This document shows positions 56,703-64,000 of a stretch of 64,000 bases of DNA, piece after piece. Both the position numbers and the translations under genes were made by a program. Numbering within the stretch: position 1 is the first letter of the stretch; the number at the start of each line of letters is the position of its first letter. Location: assembly GCA_038062895.1 (NCBI GenBank), contig JBBTWJ010000003.1, forward strand, positions 27,474 through 91,473, written 5' to 3'. The notes below the pieces were generated by a model. That model was not told where the DNA came from. It made no database searches and saw nothing but the letters and a program-made list of their open reading frames with translations. This stretch comes from Patescibacteria group bacterium. Its GTDB lineage: Bacteria; Patescibacteriota; Microgenomatia; UBA10105; UBA927.

Positions 56703-57604
56703 TCGATTAGTATACCAGATCGCTTCTCTTCTTCGTCCTTCATAACCTTCTCACGGGCGATCTTCCAGGTATAAAAACCAGCAAGAATGGCAAGACCGGT
56801 AGCCACAAGTAACAGAGAGATGACAAGCGGCTTCCACGAGTTATTCTGCGTGTACGCGCTAGGCGATGAGTCTTCAATGGTGTCACTTATCCCCAACACT
56901 ATCGGTGTCATCTCCGGCGTTTCAACGGGTATTTCTGTAGGCATCGGAGAAGGTTGTTTCGTGGGCGGCACGTCAAACGTGCCAGCCGCGTTTGACGGCG
57001 GCGTCGGCGAGGGAGTAGTGGGTTTGGGTGTCGATGTAGGAGTCGGTGTCTTGGTTGGGGTAGGCGTAGAAGTTGAGGCTACTGTTGGCTGCGGAGTAGC
57101 AGTGGGAATAAGAGTGGGTGTGGGAGTGAAAGTGGGAGTTGGATCCGGTTCATTCAACGAAACAGTTACCGTATTGTTCGTCCAATTAACAGACGAGGGA
57201 TTTCCCCCTGACGTCGTATAGTAAAACCCTACTTTTACCTTATATTCGCCTTCCCCTTTATACCCACTGTCTGCAAAATCACTCTTCACCGACAGGTTAC
57301 CATCCCAAATATCAACTATTGTTGATCGTTGATTTGTTGAAGTATCTCCATTTTTTATCCAAGAATCACCGCTCTTCGTGTATCCAAAATAATTTGTTGA
57401 ACCTTCCTGATAAAAAGCTCCTTTTATATAAATCGTTTCCCCTGGAGTAAAACCCGACACTGATGCGGTGATGGTCATTTCTTCATCACCAAATAGGGAA
57501 GCTTTGTCAGATGTAATCATTATCGATCTGGCGGCCAACACGTGAGACGGAAATACAATGAAGAAACAGCTACTGATAAAAGCTCCAATAAAAAAGAGTC
57601 TCAT
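56699..57604 (-). CDS. Secreted surface protein with a Pro/Thr-rich linker and C-terminal TM anchor
   Basis: Signal peptide, beta-rich domain, PTPTFTPTPT... tract, C-terminal TM and charged tail. Confidence 0.8.
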   Translation of the reverse strand: MRLFFIGAFISSCFFIVFPSHVLAARSIMITSDKASLFGDEEMTITASVSGFTPGETIYIKGAFYQEGSTNYFGYTKSGDSWIKNGDTSTNQRSTIVDIWDGNLSVKSDFADSGYKGEGEYKVKVGFYYTTSGGNPSSVNWTNNTVTVSLNEPDPTPTFTPTPTLIPTATPQPTVASTSTPTPTKTPTPTSTPKPTTPSPTPPSNAAGTFDVPPTKQPSPMPTEIPVETPEMTPIVLGISDTIEDSSPSAYTQNNSWKPLVISLLLVATGLAILAGFYTWKIAREKVMKDEEEKRSGILIE

Positions 57605-57915
57605 TTCACATCCCCCTCTCTTGTATGTCGCTCTTTTTTATACGCATACACAAACCGTGACGCATCACTCCCGCCACCTGACCATCCATCTGTTTGATAG
57701 TTCGTAATAAAGTACCGCACTACCCTACGCGCCGCATCTGCGGTAAAGCATTCCCTGTATATCCAATAATCAACATCCTTATTTACTCCATGCCCCTCAA
57801 AGACCCGCGCTTGCGCGTCTATTGCTATGCCCACGTACCACTCTGCCTGTGGCGTATTGGTCATGAGGATATATTCAACTATGTCGTGTATGACCGTGCT
57901 TTCTTGTTGTGGCAT
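57601..57915 (-). CDS. Hypothetical small protein (weak GIY-YIG-like pattern)
   Basis: WYVGIAID...R...H pattern; ATG at 57915 preferred over TTG at 57948. Confidence 0.55.
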   Translation of the reverse strand: MPQQESTVIHDIVEYILMTNTPQAEWYVGIAIDAQARVFEGHGVNKDVDYWIYRECFTADAARRVVRYFITNYQTDGWSGGGSDASRFVYAYKKERHTREGDVK

Positions 57916-57975
57916 AGCCCAAGTGTAGATTGGTGATAGGTGACTCAACTGCGACTCACACGAGAGTCGGGAAAT

Positions 57976-59283
57976 TTAGGAGAGTTTTGAAGCGAGTGTG
58001 GGGTTTATACAATACTTTTTATCTGTGTGAGAGATGAGCTTCATACCAATCAGCTTTTTTACTTTGATATTTACAGCCTCGACCGCATCATACACAAGTC
58101 GCTTTACGTTTTTCTGCTCGTCGAGTTCTCCCATGGCATCAGACAGATCGAGCGTATCGAATTGTTTCTTGGGATTTATAAAGAGTAATTTGCATATATC
58201 GTGTTGATACGAATCCGGAGGAATATCGATACCATGAATGCCGTTGATAATGATTTTATTTTCTGGTGGATGAAATGCAATTCGATCAACGACAACACAC
58301 TGAGGATAGGTAAGCATTGCCAATCGTTCTTCAATAATTGCCCCGATATCATGACGATAAATAAAAATCGCAAACACAGCAAAGACAAAAACAGAAAGCA
58401 ACCCTGCTATCAATGACAGCAACAACTGATTACCAAGTATCTGGTTGAGCTCATTAAGTCCTTTTCCTACAGCAACGAGGCCGATCATTTCGCCACTGGC
58501 AAGAATAGGTTGAACAAGAAGCATGTACTTCTTTTGCGTGCCGGTATCGGATATAACCGTAAAATCTTTATGAGTAAGAACTTCTTGGAGATAACTCTTA
58601 TCGATATATGCAGGCGGACCCCCAATGCTTTTATGACTTCGATTGAATGGGTCAATGACCTCAAATGAGATATTATGATCAACGTCTGTATCAAGTATAT
58701 GTGTCGCATCAAGTACTTCGTTCGTAACCGTAATCTTGCTGTCTACCATTTGGGCGTTTGCCAGAAGCACTGCATCAATATCCTTCTCCAATCGGCCAGC
58801 CGGCTCAAAGTACCCCAGGAGGATCACGCCTTTTTCCTGGCCGTCCCGTTCAATGCGATAGGAAAATACGCGCCACTTTTCACCAATGGGAGAGGTGATT
58901 GTTTTGGGTAAAGTAAAAGAAGAGGCATACGTAAAATTGGAAGTATCCAAAAGACCGACAATGACGTTTCTGCGGTCAATTAGGAATCCATCAAGCGAGA
59001 AGATATATAGCGGGGTCTCTGAAGGAGTAGTCGTGTCAGACAAATACTTATTGGTATTCCAGGTACCCTTACTGTACTCAAAATCCTGTGAAACGGCTGA
59101 GGCAGTGTTTTTCAAATACTGCTTGAGATCATGAAGCGAGAGAGACCGGATGATGGAGTAGCTGGCGATCAGATACAAAACAAACGCAATAAGAAAGACT
59201 GCGGACAATCGGAGTACGAGAATTACTTCTGTTTTATCTGTATGAAGCGTTTTAATAAAACCAAAGACGTCTAATGTTGCCAT
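57976..59283 (-). CDS. Membrane protein: TM - extracytoplasmic sensor-like domain - TM - C-terminal winged-helix-like domain
   Basis: Two TMs flank a ~250-aa Cache-like region; C-terminus VYDAVEAVNIKVK...YCIN resembles an OmpR-type wHTH. Confidence 0.6.
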   Translation of the reverse strand: MATLDVFGFIKTLHTDKTEVILVLRLSAVFLIAFVLYLIASYSIIRSLSLHDLKQYLKNTASAVSQDFEYSKGTWNTNKYLSDTTTPSETPLYIFSLDGFLIDRRNVIVGLLDTSNFTYASSFTLPKTITSPIGEKWRVFSYRIERDGQEKGVILLGYFEPAGRLEKDIDAVLLANAQMVDSKITVTNEVLDATHILDTDVDHNISFEVIDPFNRSHKSIGGPPAYIDKSYLQEVLTHKDFTVISDTGTQKKYMLLVQPILASGEMIGLVAVGKGLNELNQILGNQLLLSLIAGLLSVFVFAVFAIFIYRHDIGAIIEERLAMLTYPQCVVVDRIAFHPPENKIIINGIHGIDIPPDSYQHDICKLLFINPKKQFDTLDLSDAMGELDEQKNVKRLVYDAVEAVNIKVKKLIGMKLISHTDKKYCINPTLASKLS

Positions 59284-59321
59284 GCGCGAGCGAGTTGTTC
59301 GTATCACAAACCGATCCTATA

Positions 59322-60455
59322 CTACTGCACATGAAGATAAAAACTCAATACCCCATCGCCATGATCAACATATTTAATTTTTATGATACTCCCACTGCCG
59401 CATGCCTGGCTGGATGAATAAAGATCTCCATCACGCGGCGCCCGAATGATGTTGCTGCCGGTTGATACCATATCATACCCCGTATGGATGCCGCCGGAGT
59501 ATTGGTAGCGCCATGAGTATGGAGTCTTCCCGAAATATTGGGTAAGCCTGATGGTATCTTCAAGCGGCCAAGCCCAACTGCCGCTACCGAACGTAGCATC
59601 TCCGCCGTTCTGATCGTCTTTCACCTGCTTAGAGGCCAAGTATCCTCCCGGATCAACCCACGTACCACCTTTTCGAACTTCAAAATGAAGATGCGCGCCC
59701 GTGGAACACCCAGGGTAGCCGGTATTACCTACCACCGCGATTGGATCGCCTTTTTTGACCGGTCCTATTTTGATCGAATCGATAAGCGCACGATCAACCG
59801 CCTGCTTTTCTGCTAGCGCCTGGGAAAGAAGCTTTTGGTACACTGTTTCACTATTTTTTGTCTGCTCCAAAAGCACCAATTTTTCTTTCTTTTGACGGGC
59901 AAGCGAGGCACTTTCCTGCTCAAGCTGCTTTTTAAGTTTTTCCTGCTCAAGCTTTTTCCCTTCACGGAGATTTTTTCTTTCCGCAAAATTGTTTTGGGTA
60001 GCCTTCAGTTGAAAAAGAAGTGCCGCATCATGCTCCTGGATAGTAGAAATATACTTTACTCTGGCAACAAAATCAGAAAACGAACTGCTCAAAAAAAGCA
60101 TGCCGAATTGCGACGTGCCTTTCCTCTTGTATGACTCCGGGATGCGCCGAAGGACGAGCTCGGTGCGCCTGGTCAGTAAATCCTCTAAACGCTCTATTTC
60201 TCCCGCTAGTTCATCTATCTCTGCTGTAAGCTTGGTGACAGCAGATCGGATGGTACTGACACGAAGGGTCGTTAAAGAAATCTGAGAATCCAAAAGTCCT
60301 ATTTGCTTCGATAAGGTATTTTCTTCCTGTTGAAGTTGGAAAATCTTTTTAGTCAGCTCCTCAATCGTTTTATTTACGTCGCCATCTACAGCCTGCGCGG
60401 ATAAATGAGGAAAAAATAATACAATAAGAAGCAACCCTATGCATAATCGTTTCAT
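59322..60455 (-). CDS. EnvC/PcsB/CwlO-like coiled-coil protein with a (permuted) M23 peptidase domain
   Basis: Signal peptide, long coiled coil, GNTG..STGAHLHFEV and HTGYD motifs; directly downstream of ftsEX. Confidence 0.85.
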   Translation of the reverse strand: MKRLCIGLLLIVLFFPHLSAQAVDGDVNKTIEELTKKIFQLQQEENTLSKQIGLLDSQISLTTLRVSTIRSAVTKLTAEIDELAGEIERLEDLLTRRTELVLRRIPESYKRKGTSQFGMLFLSSSFSDFVARVKYISTIQEHDAALLFQLKATQNNFAERKNLREGKKLEQEKLKKQLEQESASLARQKKEKLVLLEQTKNSETVYQKLLSQALAEKQAVDRALIDSIKIGPVKKGDPIAVVGNTGYPGCSTGAHLHFEVRKGGTWVDPGGYLASKQVKDDQNGGDATFGSGSWAWPLEDTIRLTQYFGKTPYSWRYQYSGGIHTGYDMVSTGSNIIRAPRDGDLYSSSQACGSGSIIKIKYVDHGDGVLSFYLHVQ

Positions 60456-60463
60456 TGTACATT

Positions 60464-61360
60464 TTAGAACTTCAAATACCGGCCGACCGCCACTAAGCTA
60501 CCGATACTGCCCAATAAAAATCCGGTTGTTGCAAGCCCGCCAAAAAATATAAATGCTGCGATCAAAAAAGCCGCCGACGTCGGCGCTGCCAATACACTGC
60601 CAATCGCCGGGATGACACCCAAAAATGTGAGCAGAAACGGATACATCCAAAGGGCAAGCGCACCGATAATAATACTCGCGATTCCTGCACCAAAGAGCCC
60701 ATACAATCCCCCCTCTAAAAGGAAGGGCGCACGGATATACCAAGGAGAAGCACCCACTAAATTGAGCACTTCCACTTCCTGCTTTTTGATGGCAATCTTC
60801 ATACCGATGATCGTCATGACGATGAGGATGGAGTCCACTGCCAACAGTCCCGCAAGCGACCCCCCCACCCAACGGATGGCGTTAGTCCAGGAAATGAGCG
60901 TCTCCACCACATCGCGCTGATACACAACTTCCTCAACACCCTCTGACTCTTTGATCACCGCTTCAAGATCTGACAGAAAATTAGGATCGGTTGCCGATAC
61001 TTCAAGCGATGCCGGAAGGATATCTGCCGTCACCATCTCAAGAAGAAGCGGATCATTTTTATTTTGCTGCCGATAAAGAGCCAACGCCTCATCCTTGGTA
61101 ATATATTTGATGCTTACGGTTTTTCCTGTGGCCGTAAGCTCATTTTCAAGATTATGGATACTTTCCTCGCTCGTCTTATCCTGAAAATACACCGTAATCT
61201 GGGGCTTCCCCTCAAAATACTTGAGAACAAAGAAGGAAGCGGTGCTCGCCAAAAAAAACAAACCGGCTAACAGGAGCGTCAAAAACATGGTCAGGATAGC
61301 CGCCATTGCCTGATACGGCGAGCGACGCATATGCCTCCATGCAGTGGTCAGTGAAATCAT
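60464..61360 (-). CDS. ftsX: Cell division permease FtsX
   Basis: LPASLEV and LVGASPWYIRAPFLLEG motifs; 4 TM; follows ftsE. Confidence 0.9.
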   Translation of the reverse strand: MISLTTAWRHMRRSPYQAMAAILTMFLTLLLAGLFFLASTASFFVLKYFEGKPQITVYFQDKTSEESIHNLENELTATGKTVSIKYITKDEALALYRQQNKNDPLLLEMVTADILPASLEVSATDPNFLSDLEAVIKESEGVEEVVYQRDVVETLISWTNAIRWVGGSLAGLLAVDSILIVMTIIGMKIAIKKQEVEVLNLVGASPWYIRAPFLLEGGLYGLFGAGIASIIIGALALWMYPFLLTFLGVIPAIGSVLAAPTSAAFLIAAFIFFGGLATTGFLLGSIGSLVAVGRYLKF

Positions 61361-62064
61361 AGTTTATGAGTCCTGTGCTCCTTTTTGTGTATATGATATC
61401 GTCCGCGGGCTTCATCGCTCACAATCTCACCGTGTTCGAGCGTAATGGTGCGTTTCTTTAAATCATTTACAATACTCGCATTATGCGTTGCCATGATGAT
61501 AGTCGTGCCAATATCATTTATTTCCTGCAGGATATCCAAAATTTCCCATGAAGTTTCCGGATCCAGATTACCCGTCGGTTCATCAGCAAGAAGGACTTTC
61601 GGCCCACCCACGATGGTGCGGGCAATACTTGTCCGTTGCATCTCGCCCGCGGAAAGCTGTTGTGGAAAAAGGTATTTTTTGTTTTCTAGCCCGACAAGCT
61701 CAAGCACCTTATCTACGTCTCTGGTAATTTCCGGCTCTCTTTTACCGATTATTTCCAAAGCCAACGCAACGTTTTCAAACACCGTGCGGTCAGACAATAG
61801 TTTAAAATCCTGAAATACGACCCCAACACGACGCCTCAAAAGATGAATGCTCGAATCGGGAAGCGTGTTAATTTTCCAATCATCAAGCATGATATCTCCC
61901 TCGGTCGGCACCATTTCACGCGTAAGGAGCTTGAGAAATGTGGTCTTGCCAGCGCCGGACGGGCCGATGAGAAAGACAAATTCTCCGTCTTTAATGGTCA
62001 CGGAGACTTGAGAAAGGGCGTGGGTTTCCCCATAGAGTTTGGTGACACGGTCAAAGGAAATCAT
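61357..62064 (-). CDS. ftsE: Cell division ATP-binding protein FtsE
   Basis: GPSGAGKT, VFQDFKLL, LLADEPTGNLD and MATH motifs; start MISF at 62064. Confidence 0.92.
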   Translation of the reverse strand: MISFDRVTKLYGETHALSQVSVTIKDGEFVFLIGPSGAGKTTFLKLLTREMVPTEGDIMLDDWKINTLPDSSIHLLRRRVGVVFQDFKLLSDRTVFENVALALEIIGKREPEITRDVDKVLELVGLENKKYLFPQQLSAGEMQRTSIARTIVGGPKVLLADEPTGNLDPETSWEILDILQEINDIGTTIIMATHNASIVNDLKKRTITLEHGEIVSDEARGRYHIHKKEHRTHKL

Positions 62065-62065
62065 T

Positions 62066-62208
62066 CCAGGTAGTAGAAACTCGATAATTGTTTCTGTTTT
62101 TCGCTCGCTTAACAATTTTGTTAATTGATCAATAAATACAATACTCTGGCCGGTAGCGACGAAACAATTTGGCTCGCTAATGCGAGCGATCGAGTTTTCA
62201 CTACCTGG
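62066..62208 (-). mobile_element. 143-bp inverted-repeat element (MITE-like), copy E4
   Basis: Arms ccaggtagtagaaactcgat (62066-85) and atcgagttttcactacctgg (62189-208); direct repeat TCATT at 62061-65 and 62209-13. Confidence 0.8.
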
Positions 62209-62685
62209 TCATTCCAGAATTTCAATTTTTCCAACATCCATAAGCCAAGCGGCCTTTTTTGCGGCAAACGTCTCACCCCATACTTTCACCTTTTTTCCTG
62301 CATAGGAATCCATATCTATCACGGAAGAAACGAGGTATGCTGTCTGGGACGGGCCCCCTTCGCGGACAAGTTTGTGCGTCCCTTCACCATTCATCCCGCC
62401 TTTCTCAAGTGTACCTTCCGCAGAGTCTTTAAAATTTTTGGTATCGGCAATTCCTTCAATTTTATCCGTTTTGACCATTTTCGGAGCTTCCGTCGCCTCT
62501 TTACTCGCCAGCTTCGTATTACGGGACAAAAGATACCCGGTGCCTAAGCCAAGGAAAACAAGGGCTACATAGACACCCACTGCTACCCTGCGCATGGTTT
62601 GTTTTTCTCCGACCCGGCTGACGGACGGCATAGAAGACAAAGATGAACGAGGCGACTCAACGGTGGCGTTAGGAGCAAATGCCAT
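62209..62685 (-). CDS. Hypothetical single-TM protein with a small OB-like extracellular domain
   Basis: TM, then GEGTHKLVR...YLVSSVIDM...VKVWGET; start 62685 or 62691. Confidence 0.7.
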   Translation of the reverse strand: MAFAPNATVESPRSSLSSMPSVSRVGEKQTMRRVAVGVYVALVFLGLGTGYLLSRNTKLASKEATEAPKMVKTDKIEGIADTKNFKDSAEGTLEKGGMNGEGTHKLVREGGPSQTAYLVSSVIDMDSYAGKKVKVWGETFAAKKAAWLMDVGKIEILE

Positions 62686-62704
62686 ATACATATAGTATTA
62701 CTGT

Positions 62705-63715
62705 TTAGGAAAATCTTTTCAAGTAGGAAGTAATAAACGCATCGAGATCTCCGTCTAATACGCTTTCTGTTTGGCTCGTTTCATATTGTGTCCGTAAATC
62801 CTTGACCATGTGATAGGGATGGAGAACGTACGAGCGGATCTGATTGCCCCATCCTGGCGTCTTGTAGACCCCCTTAATCTTGACCTCCTCACTCCGCCGC
62901 TGGTCCTCTTGGGCTGCCCACAATTTCGCTCGAAGTACTTTGAGCGCGTACTCACGATTTTGTCCCTGATAGCGCTGCGTCTGGCATGTCACGATAATCC
63001 CTGTGGGTTTGTGGGTCAGACGAACTGCAGTAGAAACTTTATTGACGTTTTGACCACCCTTGCCACCGGAGCGAAAAAAATCCCACACGAGGTCATCTTC
63101 TTTGATAACTGGCCCGACGGCATCTTCAACCACGGGCAACACTTCCGCCATGGCAAATGATGTCTGCCGGAGATTATCAGCATTAAACGGCGACTGACGG
63201 ACAAGCCTGTGAACGCCGGCTTCAGCCTTCAGATGCCCGTATGCATAGGCTCCGGTTACTTGAAACGTAATACTTTTGATCCCCGCTTCTTCCCCGACGG
63301 TCTCATCTAATACTTCAAAATCCCAGTTTTTACGTTCAAAATACCGTTGATACATCCGTGAAAGCATGGCATTCCAATCCATCGCCTCGGTTCCCCCTTG
63401 TCCGGCGTGGAGGGTAAGAATTGCATCAGCCCGGTCATACGGCCCCGAAAGATACACAGCATACTCCATCCGGTCTACTTCACGGGCAAGCTCTGCCTCC
63501 TCTCCACTTCCGATAAGGAGCTCGAGCATCTCCCCTTCTTCTAATTCCTTTTGAATGACGGACAACAACTTCATCTTTTTGGCAGCCGCTTGCGAATCAG
63601 CCCAAAAATCTTGCTTCATGCTTTCGGCTTCAAGCTCCCGTAAACGCTTGCGTTTATCATCAAGCCCCAGCTTATCTAAGATATCTTTCGCTCGCTTGTG
63701 TAGTGCTTCGTCCAT
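62705..63715 (-). CDS. prfB: Peptide chain release factor 2
   Basis: GVHRLVRQSPF (SPF tripeptide), GGQ and WGNQIRSYV motifs; continuous ORF. Confidence 0.95.
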   Translation of the reverse strand: MDEALHKRAKDILDKLGLDDKRKRLRELEAESMKQDFWADSQAAAKKMKLLSVIQKELEEGEMLELLIGSGEEAELAREVDRMEYAVYLSGPYDRADAILTLHAGQGGTEAMDWNAMLSRMYQRYFERKNWDFEVLDETVGEEAGIKSITFQVTGAYAYGHLKAEAGVHRLVRQSPFNADNLRQTSFAMAEVLPVVEDAVGPVIKEDDLVWDFFRSGGKGGQNVNKVSTAVRLTHKPTGIIVTCQTQRYQGQNREYALKVLRAKLWAAQEDQRRSEEVKIKGVYKTPGWGNQIRSYVLHPYHMVKDLRTQYETSQTESVLDGDLDAFITSYLKRFS

Positions 63716-63731
63716 ATTGAAGTGTATTCTA

Positions 63732-64000
63732 TCATGAAGCGAAAAATTGCCAGAAGATGCCTATTGTCCCAAGAGTAAGCACGACGACCGTGGTCCATCC
63801 AAAAAGGTTATCAAACCAACGGTTCACCATGCCTCCCATAATCTTTTTATCGTTACACATAAAAAGAATGAGCGTCACGAGTACGGGACCGAGCATCCCC
63901 CCTAATACTTGAGAGTAGAGCAGTGCTTTCATGGGTGACACGCCGCTTATAGCAATACCTACCCCTACCACCATAGCGGCAGTAAGAACCGTATAAAATC
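63732..64000 (-). CDS. NRAMP/MntH family divalent metal transporter, C-terminal part (runs off the window)
   Basis: FY...PMKALLYSQVL.G...L..MCNDKKIMG...N pattern. Confidence 0.7.
   Translation of the reverse strand, partial: FYTVLTAAMVVGVGIAISGVSPMKALLYSQVLGGMLGPVLVTLILFMCNDKKIMGGMVNRWFDNLFGWTTVVVLTLGTIGIFWQFFAS

Noticed and set aside
57001-57150. PT-coding repeats as part of the heptamer repeat phenomenon
   Set aside because: The period is 6 with synonymous variation, so it is a protein-level linker repeat.
50178-62115. N-terminal extensions of Ugd, RmlD, CAP and FtsE in the ORF track (SLLG-M, LLPG-M)
   Set aside because: These are read-throughs of the element sequence; family homology begins at the downstream ATG/GTG.
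50179-62208. The four elements as integron attC sites
   Set aside because: No RYYYAAC/GTTRRRY core sites, target duplications are present, orientations are mixed, the flanking genes are housekeeping, and no integrase is visible.
50179-62208. The four elements as CRISPR repeats or tRNAs
   Set aside because: They are dispersed and inverted rather than direct repeats with spacers; there is no T-loop/D-loop consensus or CCA cloverleaf.
62705-63715. Programmed +1 frameshift in prfB
   Set aside because: The ORF is continuous from ATG; there is no CTT-TGA-C slippery site in the N-terminal region.
388-63737. Numerous 60-210 aa ORFs antisense to or nested in long genes (e.g. 12132..12761, 25158..25742, 56787..57221)
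   Set aside because: No recognisable motifs and fully overlapped by well-supported CDSs; the GV-rich 56787 ORF is only the antisense of the PT tract.
1-64000. Alternative genetic code (TGA=Gly, as in Gracilibacteria/SR1)
   Set aside because: Full-length conserved proteins translate under code 11, and TGA serves as stop in many ATGA overlaps.
1-64000. Diversity-generating retroelement, prophage or defence system
   Set aside because: No reverse transcriptase, TR/VR pair, or phage, cas or restriction genes were recognised.

Overview
Gene-dense window, almost all on the minus strand, standard genetic code, with many ATGA/GTGA start-stop overlaps. Gene content suggests a Patescibacteria/CPR (Microgenomates-like) genome; this is inferred, not proven. 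About 1-53.5 kb is one very large cell-surface glycosylation locus: about 22 polytopic GT-C-type (polyprenol-phosphate-sugar-dependent) transferases, 8 GT2 (3 of them polyprenol-phosphate sugar synthases, one fused to GtrA), 2 GT4, a Wzx flippase, a SAM methyltransferase, a Gmd/Rmd-family enzyme, Ugd and rmlACBD. The rest holds a CAP protein, a TsaC-TsaB fusion, tsaE, VanZ, a Pro/Thr-rich surface protein, a membrane one-component regulator, a coiled-coil/permuted M23 protein, ftsXE, prfB and a partial NRAMP transporter. The most striking non-coding signal is a family of four 129-143 bp elements. They have conserved asymmetric ends (CCAGGTAGTAGA...TTCACTACCTGG), copy-specific but self-complementary inner arms, largely dissimilar interiors, and 4-5 bp target duplications that always contain ATG. 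Many CDSs also carry 7/8-nt tandem repeats, some with embedded in-frame hairpin cassettes. No rRNA, tRNA, CRISPR array or transposase was recognised.
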